From Leptospira sp. (lineage in GTDB: Bacteria; Spirochaetota; Leptospiria; Leptospirales; Leptospiraceae): a stretch of DNA of 64,000 bases. Location: positions 32,001 through 96,000 of the forward strand of contig JAWXAQ010000016.1 of the NCBI GenBank assembly GCA_034439575.1. The letters run 5' to 3'. A model generated the notes under the pieces. The model saw nothing but the letters and a program-made list of their open reading frames with translations, searched no databases and was not told the DNA's origin. Position numbers and translations under genes: made by a program. Of the stretch, positions 9,986 to 20,112 are shown in pieces (positions within the stretch are counted from its first letter, which is position 1; the number at the start of each line of letters is the position of its first letter).

Positions 9986-11413
9986 ATGAGAACATGGAAC
10001 GGCCGTAAGTTTGCAATTGGAGTAACAGTTGCTTTTCTTTTTTCGCAGTGTTCCTTACCGAAAATCGATGACAGTTTACTTATATATGATGTTTATTTTC
10101 GTATTTTAAGAAGTTCCCAACCACAAACAGCAACTGGGCAACAAACAAATAACCCCGTGCAGACAAATTCAGATCAGTCAGGAGCGAGCCAAGAAGTGGG
10201 AAGGGCAATTTCTGGGAATGTCGTGGGATTATTATCAATTGGCCTGAGACTTAGAAATTCTGATGGGAAAGAAACAATTTTAAATCCAGGGCAAACCAAC
10301 TTTTCAATTCAAAATACACAATTAGGCACTTATTCAGTCACCATTCAAAGGCAAGCTCTTGGACAAAGATGCGTACTTACCAATCCAGCTGGGGATAGTC
10401 AAGTGAATGTAACAGATATTACGGTAACATGTTCTGGGATAGGGGAAGCTGGGATGGGTTTATGGGATACGGGAGTGACCCAATGTTATGCGAACACGAA
10501 TTCGAGTGCGGGTGTTTGCCCGAACGCAGCCTTCCCCGGGCAAGATGGGGTAAGCGCACCAACAATGGCTCGTTCCTTTACCGTGCGTGGCGATGGAAAT
10601 ATCAAAGACAATGTAACGGGTCTTATCTGGAGACCTTGTATTGTTGGTTATAGTGGTGCCAATTGTTCCGTCGGTATTGCCACGACTTCCAATTTCGCCA
10701 CAGCGCAGACTAAATGCGGTGCATTGCCCTGGAGAGTCCCAACCCCCAAAGAGCTGATGAGTATTATCGATTTTATGAATCCAGGATATGGTATCAATTC
10801 AAATTTCCCAAACCACCCTGGGGGATTTTATTTGTGGTCCAATTTGGATATGGGAATCATTTTTGCTCATGGCTTGAGTATAGATACTGGACGAATCGAA
10901 TTAGTCAATACAGGTAGTACAATATTAGGGCATGTGCAATGTGTAAATGATTCCGAAGTTGTAAGTGTCACCGAGAATTTCACTGATTTAGGAAATGGTA
11001 TCATTCGTGACGAAGTGAATGGTTTAGAATGGGAAAAATGCATCGAAGGATTGTCAGGTGCCAATTGCAATGTTGGTACTTATTCTTCACAATTCTGGCA
11101 AAACCGATTGACGTATTGTGATAACTTAACCTTAGGTGGATTTTCAGATTGGCGTATGCCTGATATATATGAACTAACAAGCTTGGTTGATTTTACGAGA
11201 TTCGCACTTGCTACAACCTTAAATCCGATTTTTGTAGGAAGTCCCAGAGAAGTGTATCATTCTTCCACAACAACTGGAAATGGGAATTTCCATTCGGGCA
11301 GTCATTACAATTCTGTAGGAAATGCACCTTTTATCACTGGAAGTTTTGCTGCTAGTAATGAAAAAAACCAAAGCCATCCAACGCGGTGTGTGCGTGGTCC
11401 TATTGTTCGGTGA
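9986..11413 (+). CDS. DUF1566 (Lcl C-terminal) domain lipoprotein, two domain copies
   Basis: DNVTGLIW...WRVPTPKELMSI and DEVNGLEW...LGGFSDWRMPDIYELTSL...RCVR; lipobox-like FSQC. Confidence 0.85.
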   Translation: MRTWNGRKFAIGVTVAFLFSQCSLPKIDDSLLIYDVYFRILRSSQPQTATGQQTNNPVQTNSDQSGASQEVGRAISGNVVGLLSIGLRLRNSDGKETILNPGQTNFSIQNTQLGTYSVTIQRQALGQRCVLTNPAGDSQVNVTDITVTCSGIGEAGMGLWDTGVTQCYANTNSSAGVCPNAAFPGQDGVSAPTMARSFTVRGDGNIKDNVTGLIWRPCIVGYSGANCSVGIATTSNFATAQTKCGALPWRVPTPKELMSIIDFMNPGYGINSNFPNHPGGFYLWSNLDMGIIFAHGLSIDTGRIELVNTGSTILGHVQCVNDSEVVSVTENFTDLGNGIIRDEVNGLEWEKCIEGLSGANCNVGTYSSQFWQNRLTYCDNLTLGGFSDWRMPDIYELTSLVDFTRFALATTLNPIFVGSPREVYHSSTTTGNGNFHSGSHYNSVGNAPFITGSFAASNEKNQSHPTRCVRGPIVR

Positions 11414-12647
11414 TACCAAACTTTTGTTTAATGATACTTCTTTCTATTTGAGAGGGACAAAAATTTAAACAGGTTTGCAAATGAAAATTTGCTTTGCTAA
11501 CATCTACTGATTGATACAATTTTGATAAGAGTAAATGGTAAAGATGATTCTCACCTAAACCATTTAAGGTGAGAAGTTCGTTAATGCCCGCATTCACTCC
11601 GCACACTTTACTTAAAACGAAGGCTTTATTCATGGCGACTATTGGACTATAACTTATGTTAAACAATTTTTCATAAAGACTCAATAAATGACTCCATTTA
11701 GTAGGTGAGTCCTCAATGGTATGTAGGTAAGCAATCATTGCTTGGATTTGGTATTCACCATTAGTATCGCTTGAAATGGATTTTGATAAATAAAAATGGC
11801 CTTTTTGAATCAGTTCTGTTGACCATTTTGATTTATCTTGTTCCTCTAAAGTAAAAATTTCTCCCGTATCCGACATACGGCTCTCAAATCTAGAACTATG
11901 ATAACACATGATAGCAAGTAGGGCATTGACATTTGGCAAATTTGTCATTTGGTTTTCTGTGAGTAATATGGTTAGTCTCATCGCTTCCAGGCAAAGATCT
12001 TTTCTCAGTATGGTTTCTTTCGAAGAAGAATAATATCCTTCATTAAATAATAAATAAATGCACTTGAGAACTCGGTCCAATCTTTCGGTGAGTAAATTTG
12101 GTTCTGGGAATTCTAAATTCATTTTGGAAAATCGAATTTTTTCACGAGCACGATATAGACGTTTGTTGACAGTATCTTTTGAAATTAAAAAAGATCTGGA
12201 TATTTCGTCAATGGAGAATGCGCATAATGTCTTCAATGCGAGTGCAATTTGAGAATCTTCATGAATATCTGGATGGCAGATGCAAAAAAACATCTTAAGT
12301 TGCGTATCTTCGATTTCTTTTTGCCCTTCTTCTAATTTTGAAATAATCGAATATTCTAAAGGAAAAATATTCGTATTTTCTTTAATAATTTTATCATACA
12401 AATTTTCTCTTTTGATTTGGTTAATAATTTTATTTTTTGCAACTGAATACAACCATGCGGTCGGTTTTTCAGGTAATCCATTTAATTTCCAGGAGTTTAG
12501 GGCAGAAATAAAAGTATCTTGGACAATGTCTTCGACTAGGTCAACGCGATGGAACCCATAAATTTTTACTAGTACTGCGATCATCTTTCTCGCTTCGTTT
12601 CGAAAAAGATGATCGAAGTCACTTTGTTTGTCTAAAGATTCTTTCAA
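11400..12647 (-). CDS. ECF sigma factor with long C-terminal (TPR-like) extension, ECF42-like
   Basis: VEDIVQDTF, PTAWLYSVAKN, LKMFFCICHP, IYLLFNEGY, LEEQDKSKW motifs; adjacent to a YciI/DGPF gene. Confidence 0.85.
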   Translation of the reverse strand: MKESLDKQSDFDHLFRNEARKMIAVLVKIYGFHRVDLVEDIVQDTFISALNSWKLNGLPEKPTAWLYSVAKNKIINQIKRENLYDKIIKENTNIFPLEYSIISKLEEGQKEIEDTQLKMFFCICHPDIHEDSQIALALKTLCAFSIDEISRSFLISKDTVNKRLYRAREKIRFSKMNLEFPEPNLLTERLDRVLKCIYLLFNEGYYSSSKETILRKDLCLEAMRLTILLTENQMTNLPNVNALLAIMCYHSSRFESRMSDTGEIFTLEEQDKSKWSTELIQKGHFYLSKSISSDTNGEYQIQAMIAYLHTIEDSPTKWSHLLSLYEKLFNISYSPIVAMNKAFVLSKVCGVNAGINELLTLNGLGENHLYHLLLSKLYQSVDVSKANFHLQTCLNFCPSQIERSIIKQKFGITEQ

Positions 12648-12991
12648 ATGGCAAAAGGTGTAATTGGTCTCACTTCAAGACTACCATGCTCATAATCCAA
12701 AATCGGACATTTTTTACCAATTTCCAAAGCTTCATCCAATGATTCCGCTTTGCAAATTAAATATCCCGCTAAAATTTCCTTCACTTCCACGTATGGACCA
12801 TCTGTAACGCCTGTATTGCGCAAAACTTTGCCTTCATAATCAAGAGGTTGGGTTGCCACAAATTTTCCTTTTTGGATGATTTCTCCAATCCATGATTCCC
12901 ATTTTGGCATAGTGGCTTTCATTTCATCGGGTGAAAGTATATAACCGTCGTTACCTGTTTGATTTCTAAATAATAAAATGAATTCTTTCAT
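12644..12991 (-). CDS. YciI/DGPF family protein
   Basis: VTDGPYVEVKEILAGYLICKAESLDEALEIGKKCP...LEVRP. Confidence 0.9.
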   Translation of the reverse strand: MKEFILLFRNQTGNDGYILSPDEMKATMPKWESWIGEIIQKGKFVATQPLDYEGKVLRNTGVTDGPYVEVKEILAGYLICKAESLDEALEIGKKCPILDYEHGSLEVRPITPFAI

Positions 12992-13002
12992 TTGTGTTTC
13001 CT

Positions 13003-13416
13003 TTACTTTTTTTCACTCAATTTTTTATCTAAAGCTCCGACAATAGCTCCCATAATTGAGAGTTCTATCAAACCATAAACAAACCATTGGAGAGCCAGGG
13101 CATTTGGAATCGGTAAAACTATATAATTTGTATACGCATACCAAAATCTTGAGATTAGACCGAGAGAAATGCCAATTAAGAGACCTTTCTTTCCATCTAA
13201 TGAACCTTGGTAAATGTTTGTTAGTAGTGTAAATGCCACACTATGCACCAGATAAATCAAAAGAAACAAAGGAGCCTTGGCCGCTAGTTCTTCGCTGGAA
13301 CGCCAAATTGTTTGTAGCGAATTATAAGTTTCGTTGAGCAAAAGTTGGTTGATGACTGTTTCGAAAACGGCCAGCAATAGAAACGTGGTAATAAAAATAA
13401 TCAGATTCTTTTTCAT
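13003..13416 (-). CDS. Four-TM membrane protein (DUF1761-like)
   Basis: Four hydrophobic segments; AGGAGGA RBS before ATG 13416; first gene of the ECF operon. Confidence 0.6.
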   Translation of the reverse strand: MKKNLIIFITTFLLLAVFETVINQLLLNETYNSLQTIWRSSEELAAKAPLFLLIYLVHSVAFTLLTNIYQGSLDGKKGLLIGISLGLISRFWYAYTNYIVLPIPNALALQWFVYGLIELSIMGAIVGALDKKLSEKK

Positions 13417-13444
13417 AGAATCCTCCTGTTTAAGTTTTAAGGAA

Positions 13445-13471
13445 GACAATCCATTTTGGAAATATAGGACA
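13445..13471 (-). promoter_or_regulatory. Putative ECF-dependent promoter of the ECF/YciI operon
   Basis: Minus strand TGTCCT-N17-TGTC, about 30 nt upstream of the first gene; resembles ECF42-type TGTC-rich promoters. Confidence 0.35.
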
Positions 13472-14089
13472 GGTGCAGGGAAAAAAAATTGGGGAAATTA
13501 TGCTAAAATTTGAATTTTTTTCATATTAAAAATGAATCTAGAATATCGATTTAAATGTGAACTGGAAATTTTCGCTTTTCACATTTATGTGATTTTGGCG
13601 ATTTGGAGCAATCGCTCACCCGTCTTTTTTTCTTTGGTAGTTTAACATTGAGACTTAAATATTAATTTAGCTAAAATCAAATTATCATAGAATCTGCTCA
13701 TTGATATAAAAATGGAAACCACAATTCACGTTTCGATTAGTGATTCCTTCTAAGGAAGAAGACAAAGAAATTAAGAAACTTCTTGCCGTGATTAAAGCAG
13801 AGGAAAAGAAAAATAGACCGATTGATTATAGTAAATATACTTATCAAGATGGAACACCTGTTAAATCTTATTTGTCTTTATTATTATAATTTCAAAAACT
13901 TAATCTTCTCCCAGTATTCTTCCAAAATCTCCGTATCAACCGACCTTTCTGCTAGTTCTTCCAATTGAATTTTACAATCGATGATCGGGTGTTTCATGAT
14001 GCTCTCCTTACATATTGAGTATCTTTATATTTGATTGCTAACTTTTTAGAATTAAATTCAAATATAAATTTCGACCCGGTCTATACCAC

Positions 14090-14413
14090 CTAATCCCAAT
14101 TTCCAATTTGGATTCCTTCATTCATTTTCGTATTACATTTCGGACAAAGTTTGTTCCAATCATCAAGATGTTCGAATTTTTTACATATCGGACAATATGT
14201 TTGCGATCTCAAAAGTTTTAATCTCGTTGGTGATAAATGATTTAAATTTTTTTCACCATAGAAAGATTCATATAGATCTTTATCAACTACATCTACTAAT
14301 TGTTTACATTGGTGACAAATCTTTAGTTTGTGAGCAGATAACATTCCTATCCCGTCATAACTAGTAAACTCATAATGGCATTGCAAGCATTGAAAGAGTA
14401 TAATCTCACCCAT
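14090..14413 (-). CDS. Cys-rich zinc-ribbon protein
   Basis: Four CxxC motifs in 107 aa; GAGG RBS. Confidence 0.6.
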   Translation of the reverse strand: MGEIILFQCLQCHYEFTSYDGIGMLSAHKLKICHQCKQLVDVVDKDLYESFYGEKNLNHLSPTRLKLLRSQTYCPICKKFEHLDDWNKLCPKCNTKMNEGIQIGNWD

Positions 14414-14620
14414 AAATCTTTTCCTCTTATATAAGATATTGTATCAAGTAGCTGGGACAAATTTGGGAATATTACTACGGCAAAGAGATTTTTTAGATTT
14501 TTGTTAGGTTTGATTGTTTAAATTCTATAATTTTCAAATGGAAGAGAAGACTTAAATTTAAATTAGACCTATCAAGCGTTAAGTTAAATACTTCGAGATA
14601 ATTACTTTTTTAACACTAGT

Positions 14621-14950
14621 CGCCTTTCTAAAGTTATAAATACTTATTCAGTTCTTATGGCTGATGAAGCATATAGTTCCCTTTATGGAAAGTATAGAAA
14701 CGTAAGACTTATTAATCATTCCTTAAAAGCTAAAAGAAAGATACATAGTTTTTCTAAAGAGAGATGGAGCAAAGAGGGAGTTAATACTAACTCGGTAGAA
14801 GGTGCTAATGGTGTTCTGAAAAGTGCGATGAGGCAGTATCGTTGGTTTAACTGTAAATACAGTCAGCTTTACTTGAACGAATTTGCAGTGGCTAAGAATA
14901 TAAAGTTTTTCAATGTAGAAAAAAGATTATATTCGGTGAGAATCTATTAG
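14621..14950 (+). pseudogene. IS1595-family DDE transposase remnant (C-terminal part only)
   Basis: SVLMADEAY...INHS...GVNTNSVEGANGVLK...QLYLNEF pattern; N-terminal half and terminal IRs not found. Confidence 0.75.
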
Positions 14951-14987
14951 AAGGTTTTTGCGGAAATGAGATAGGAGAGGAGTAAAA

Positions 14988-15449
14988 ATGTCACGTCCTT
15001 TTAAAGTTTTAGGAATCCAACAGGTAGCAATTGGCGGTGAGTCAAAGGAAAAATTGAGTAAATTCTGGGTCGAAGTCATGGGACTGACTAAGGTTTCAGA
15101 TTACAAAAGCGAAAAGGAAAATGTGGATGAGGACATCCTTTCCATGGGAAATGGGCTATACAAAGTAGAAATAGATTTAATGCAACCTATTGACCCAAAC
15201 AAAAGCCCCAAGGTTCATGATCCAAAGTTAAATCATATTGGACTTTGGATTGATGATTTGGCAAAGGCTGTGGAATGGCTTACTGCTAAAGGTGTTCGTT
15301 TCACTCCTGGTGGGATTCGCAAAGGTGCCGCAGGATATGATGTTTGTTTCATACACCCGAAAGGAAATGAGGAATTCCCTTTATCCAGTGAAGGTGTGTT
15401 AGTTGAGTTAGTGCAAGCACCAGTAGATGTGATCAAAGCCCTAAGTTAA
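14988..15449 (+). CDS. VOC/glyoxalase family protein (methylmalonyl-CoA epimerase-like)
   Basis: [24 protein letters not shown]...GVLVELVQ. Confidence 0.85.
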   Translation: MSRPFKVLGIQQVAIGGESKEKLSKFWVEVMGLTKVSDYKSEKENVDEDILSMGNGLYKVEIDLMQPIDPNKSPKVHDPKLNHIGLWIDDLAKAVEWLTAKGVRFTPGGIRKGAAGYDVCFIHPKGNEEFPLSSEGVLVELVQAPVDVIKALS

Positions 15450-16561
15450 AGTTTCATAAACTTTAGATATTCGATTTGAAGAGATACAAATTTTGCTGTG
15501 GGCAGTCCATAAAAAGTTTGAATTTGTTTCAGACTATCATCTAAAGTTTCTATAACATTTAAAGAAGGAGAGATTTGAATCACACGATTCATCTCTTCTT
15601 TTTTGTTTTTGCCCGCTTGGGGAAGGATTGTTAAACCATGTTTGGTTATCACTTTCTCATCTGTGATTGCAAAAACATTTGATTTATAAGTTCTAGAAAA
15701 ACTGTCCGAAATAAGTGCTAGTTTCACCTCGTCAATATTAGGTGCAATCGGTATACCAATATCTTCATAATTCCAAAATAGAATTAAATTTTTAGCTGCA
15801 GTTAGAATATGATCGCCAGATAGTTTGAAGACTTCGCTCTCATGAGAATTTCCCCATTCAACTAAACCATAACTCTGCGCAAGACTTTGTGCTTTTTTGG
15901 TTCCAAGTATAGCTTCAACAATGGCAAGAGAAATGGGAATGGATGCGGTTACGCCTGTCGTCGTAATGATATTTCCATCCATATGGTATCGTTTGTTTTT
16001 TAACCAAGTGGTATCTTGGAATTTTTCTTCCAATGTTTCAAATGAATACCAATGACCAACAGCTTTTTTTTCCGAAAGTAAACCAGCATGCGCAAGCACC
16101 CATACACCATCACAAACTCCAGTGATAGTGGCACCTAATTTGTGTTGCTTTGTGATCCAATTGATAAGCGCAGGATTTTCTACATCATGAACTGCTGGCA
16201 CAAAAACGAAATCAGCACCTAACGGATTGATGCTATCAAATTGGGAAATGGTATAATTTGTTTCTATCGTGAGAGCCGGAAACATTTTCATGGGGCCGGC
16301 TTCCGTCGATAGAGCATAAGTATCACCCGCATTTGAATCTTTCAAAATTCCAAATGGTATCACAAAATCAGTAAGTTCTGTATACGAATTAATTCCGACC
16401 ACAGCAATTATGGGTTTTTGTCTCCCAAATCTGGGTGTATATTTGATTTGATCTGATTCCCCGAAAAAATCAGATTTAATATTTTGTTTTTCATTATCTG
16501 CACAATTTGTCAGATTCAGCAGAACAAATAGGCTAACAATAATTAGATAAAATTTTATCAT
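15446..16561 (-). CDS. DJ-1/PfpI family lipoprotein
   Basis: [35 protein letters not shown]; signal peptide with Cys. Confidence 0.85.
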   Translation of the reverse strand: MIKFYLIIVSLFVLLNLTNCADNEKQNIKSDFFGESDQIKYTPRFGRQKPIIAVVGINSYTELTDFVIPFGILKDSNAGDTYALSTEAGPMKMFPALTIETNYTISQFDSINPLGADFVFVPAVHDVENPALINWITKQHKLGATITGVCDGVWVLAHAGLLSEKKAVGHWYSFETLEEKFQDTTWLKNKRYHMDGNIITTTGVTASIPISLAIVEAILGTKKAQSLAQSYGLVEWGNSHESEVFKLSGDHILTAAKNLILFWNYEDIGIPIAPNIDEVKLALISDSFSRTYKSNVFAITDEKVITKHGLTILPQAGKNKKEEMNRVIQISPSLNVIETLDDSLKQIQTFYGLPTAKFVSLQIEYLKFMKL

Positions 16562-16599
16562 TTCTGAATTTCCATGAAATAATCTAATATTTTAAAACT

Positions 16600-17562
16600 C
16601 TAAACCTTCGGATTCCGTTTTCCTTTTGAAAAAACAGTCCATACTAGATAAAAGAAAATGGCCAAACTTGTCAGTATAACAAATTGAGCAAGATGAATCA
16701 CTGTCGCAAAAACGAATCCTTCATCGGATGCGCGTCCGAGTAATAAAAAACCATAAATGACTGATGCATGAAACACACCAATGCCAGAAGGAGCAGAGGG
16801 TATGGCAACACCCAAGGCTCCGACAAACATAATTAAAAGTATTTCTGGATAATCCAAATGGATTCCAATCATTTGACTTGTAAACCAGTAAGAGAGCGCA
16901 TAACCAAATAACCATGTTGGAAATGTAATCATTAAAGGCCAAATGAGTTTTCTGCCTTTTAAGAATTCACTAAATTCAATAAGATGATGATCCAAAGTTT
17001 TGAGATAAAATTCTTCTTGTTTAATGAGTCCGAACAAAACTTTTAACAAATTGCGAATTGGTTCTAAAAATAACCTAAGTGCTATTAGACCACCAAACAT
17101 AGCAATCAGAACAAAACAGGATATATAAACAAGGCTTAGATTTTTGTTTTCTCCAAGACCTAGGAAAAATAGGGCACTCACACCAATGAGGACCACCATA
17201 CCGAGATCCATAACTTTTTCTAAAAAGATTTTTGAAAGCAAATTGGGAAGTGGAAGTCCTGAATCATTTTTATTGATTAAAAGGCGAATCAAATCTCCGC
17301 CCCGAGCAGGCAAAACCATATTAAGTCCAACACCAATGACAGAAGAAGAATAGGCACTTTTGAAAGAAATATTTTTATCCAATAACAAATACCATCGGTA
17401 TGTGAAAGGAATATAAGACCATAGATTTGAAAGGATTAAAAAGAAAAGATACTTCCATTGAATATTTCCTTTTAATTTTTCAAATGCATTCAAATCAAAA
17501 TTTTTCAAAAGAAAGTAGATTGCGATTGCGGAGATGGTAACACCTAATATCCATTTTTTCAT
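16600..17562 (-). CDS. Lysylphosphatidylglycerol synthase TM domain (flippase-like) protein
   Basis: NMVLPARGGDLIR, FLEKVMD, IPSAPSGIGVF; multiple TM helices. Confidence 0.85.
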   Translation of the reverse strand: MKKWILGVTISAIAIYFLLKNFDLNAFEKLKGNIQWKYLFFLILSNLWSYIPFTYRWYLLLDKNISFKSAYSSSVIGVGLNMVLPARGGDLIRLLINKNDSGLPLPNLLSKIFLEKVMDLGMVVLIGVSALFFLGLGENKNLSLVYISCFVLIAMFGGLIALRLFLEPIRNLLKVLFGLIKQEEFYLKTLDHHLIEFSEFLKGRKLIWPLMITFPTWLFGYALSYWFTSQMIGIHLDYPEILLIMFVGALGVAIPSAPSGIGVFHASVIYGFLLLGRASDEGFVFATVIHLAQFVILTSLAIFFYLVWTVFSKGKRNPKV

Positions 17563-17593
17563 ATCATTTTTGCCTTTTTTCTCATTTGATGTA

Positions 17594-17944
17594 TTAACCT
17601 GGAGGCCAAGTCATATGCCTTCCACCTAGCAGATGAAAGTGTATATGGTGAACAGTTTGACCACCAAAATCACCACAATTATTTACAATACGATAACCTT
17701 TTTCGTTAGTTCCAAACTCTTTTGCGAGTAATTTTATACGGTGTAAAATTTTACCAATCAGTAAAGTATCATCCTCTGAGATTTCATCGATACTTTTGAT
17801 ATGCTTTTTCGGGATCACTAAAATATGTAAGGGTGCTACAGGAGTTATATCGTGGAACGCTAAGATATCTTCATCTTCAAAGACTTTTTTTGATGGAATT
17901 GATCCACTTATGATTTTACAAAAAAGACAATCTGTTTCTGACAT
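17594..17944 (-). CDS. Histidine triad (HIT) nucleotide-binding protein
   Basis: DCLFCKII...GQTVHHIHFHLLGGR..WPPG. Confidence 0.95.
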   Translation of the reverse strand: MSETDCLFCKIISGSIPSKKVFEDEDILAFHDITPVAPLHILVIPKKHIKSIDEISEDDTLLIGKILHRIKLLAKEFGTNEKGYRIVNNCGDFGGQTVHHIHFHLLGGRHMTWPPG

Positions 17945-18846
17945 TATTTATTTTGGAAAAATAAACTTGCAGCACCTAAACTTCCTGCAAGATTTCCTCC
18001 GACTCCTATTTTCAATCGATCATTTAACACAGTAAATATTTTTTCCCGAATAAGTGATTCAAGTTTGGTTCCAAAAAGATCCCAAGCTTTTGTGATGCCA
18101 CCGACAAATACCACGGCCTCAGGATTTAAAAGGTGAATCGCAGATCGTATCGTTTCTGCCAAGGCAAGTACAGAAAAATTTAATATTTTTTCTGCATCTT
18201 TATCTCCCTTTTTAATCTGGAGAAAAAAAGATTCTGCATCCGACAAAGTAACATTTGTGAGCTCTTTGTATCTTGCTAAAAAGCCTTTGGTAGAAAAGTA
18301 AGCTTCCACACAACCTTTTTGTCCACAACCACAAAGAGCTCCATCTATAACGGCTGTCATATGCCCAATTTCGATTCCATTGCCTTGGAAACCAGAATAA
18401 AGTTTCCCTTCATTTACAAATCCGCCACCGAGACCTGTTCCTAAAGTTAAAATAAGTAGGGAAGATGAATTTTTATAAGTTCCAAAAATGGCTTCACCAA
18501 GTGCTGCGCAATTAGCATCATTTTCATAAAGGACAGGAAGATTATACTTTGATTCTAGAAATGATTTTATTTTGACATTATGAAGGGTTTGCATATTTGC
18601 ACTTTCAATTAAGATCCCTTTTTCATTATCAAGTGGACCTGGAGAACCAATCCCGATTCCGGAAATAGAAAATTCTTGAACCAATGGTGATATGGAATGA
18701 TTTACTGCTTCAAGGAATGTATCGTTTGTTAAAGTATTCGGTATAACGACAGTATTGTGCTTTAATTCGGCACCAAACGCATCATAGACTCCTGATTTGA
18801 TTGAGCCACCACCAATATCGACTCCGACTATGTATTTTTCTTTCAT
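17944..18846 (-). CDS. ROK family sugar kinase (glucokinase-like)
   Basis: [29 protein letters not shown]...[10 protein letters not shown]. Confidence 0.9.
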   Translation of the reverse strand: MKEKYIVGVDIGGGSIKSGVYDAFGAELKHNTVVIPNTLTNDTFLEAVNHSISPLVQEFSISGIGIGSPGPLDNEKGILIESANMQTLHNVKIKSFLESKYNLPVLYENDANCAALGEAIFGTYKNSSSLLILTLGTGLGGGFVNEGKLYSGFQGNGIEIGHMTAVIDGALCGCGQKGCVEAYFSTKGFLARYKELTNVTLSDAESFFLQIKKGDKDAEKILNFSVLALAETIRSAIHLLNPEAVVFVGGITKAWDLFGTKLESLIREKIFTVLNDRLKIGVGGNLAGSLGAASLFFQNK

Positions 18847-19514
18847 TTCCCTTTGATCACCTGATCAAATTTTCCCTGTTTCATTTCATAGATTGTCTGG
18901 GCATCGTAAGCTAATTTCATGTCGTGGGTAACTAGAATAATAGATAAATTTCTTTTGTTAAATTCATTTAACAATAATTGAACTAAAAGACTATTTTCTG
19001 GATCTAAGTCCCCAGAAGGTTCATCAGCAAATAGTATGGATGGCTCATTGATCAGCGAACGAGCGATAGCTGTCTTTTGAATTTGACCACCTGAAAGTTC
19101 CCTTGGTAATTTATTTTGCAATGAGTCTAGTTTCAAATGTTCTAGGAGATAATCACATTTTCTTTGGTATTCGGAATTTGAAAATTTGCGAGTGAAAAGC
19201 CCTGGAAGTAAAATATTTTCCCTGACATTCAGATTGCCTACAAGTTCTGAAAATTGGAACACTAATCCCAGTTCACGTGCCCGAATTTGAAATAACTCTC
19301 GTTTGGAAATTTGGCTAAGCCTCTGGTTGTCGTAGAGAATGTCACCTTCTGTTGGTGACAACATCCCTGTGATGAGGGAAAGTAGTGTGGTTTTACCGGA
19401 CCCCGAGGCTCCAATAATTGCCACATAATCCCCTTGGTTTAAATCAAAAGATATAGAATCGACAGCTACTTCCTGTCCGTATACTTTTGTTAAATTATGT
19501 ACACGAAGTAACAC
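18843..19514 (-). CDS. ABC transporter ATP-binding protein (LolD/MacB-like)
   Basis: [27 protein letters not shown] start at 19514 overlaps the upstream TAG. Confidence 0.9.
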   Translation of the reverse strand: MLLRVHNLTKVYGQEVAVDSISFDLNQGDYVAIIGASGSGKTTLLSLITGMLSPTEGDILYDNQRLSQISKRELFQIRARELGLVFQFSELVGNLNVRENILLPGLFTRKFSNSEYQRKCDYLLEHLKLDSLQNKLPRELSGGQIQKTAIARSLINEPSILFADEPSGDLDPENSLLVQLLLNEFNKRNLSIILVTHDMKLAYDAQTIYEMKQGKFDQVIKGK

Positions 19515-20044
19515 TACCTTTGTCTCCGAATGGCACGGTAAGGATCGATAAAAGTAGTGAGACCAATGCTTGGAAAGGAAACTCCAACACAGATGATAAA
19601 AATGATAGATATTCCGAGGAAAAAACTGTGAAATTCGTTGGCTAGGGTCCAGTTTGTTGGAGTCTGGACGAAACTTGCGAGTAAAAATCCAAAGATGGCG
19701 CAAGGAAGGATTAAAATCAAAAGGACTAGACTATGCAACCAAATACAGCCCAGACGATTTCCACCGACTGCCATCATCACCCCAATATCGCCTAGACGCT
19801 GTATCCCGTGAAAAAGAACCAGAGACATTAAACTTAGGAAACTTGAATAAAAAAGAATTTGTGGAGTTTGGTCAAAGGAAACGATACTAGATAGAGAGAG
19901 ACCACCGTAAAGATGGATATGAATGCGAATCGAAAGATAAAAAAGGCCAGAGAGCAAAGTACCGGCAATGCCATAGACCAAGGTATACATTCGGTCTCGA
20001 TACAAAATTCTCCAAGCAAAAGATATATAGGAAAGTGGTGTCAC
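19514..20044 (-). CDS. FtsX-like ABC permease
   Basis: [13 protein letters not shown] motif, four TM helices, C-terminal IDPYRAIR. Confidence 0.7.
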   Translation of the reverse strand: MTPLSYISFAWRILYRDRMYTLVYGIAGTLLSGLFYLSIRIHIHLYGGLSLSSIVSFDQTPQILFYSSFLSLMSLVLFHGIQRLGDIGVMMAVGGNRLGCIWLHSLVLLILILPCAIFGFLLASFVQTPTNWTLANEFHSFFLGISIIFIICVGVSFPSIGLTTFIDPYRAIRRQR

Positions 20045-20112
20045 CTTAAAGTCATTTTCGATCCAATCCCCATTTTTACAAACGATTATTAAAATAAGGA
20101 AAGTAAGCGAAA

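Noticed and set aside
19515-19703. 63-aa N-terminal extension of the ABC ATPase in the ORF track
   Set aside because: It overlaps the permease gene; GTG 19514 gives a normal-length protein coupled to the upstream stop
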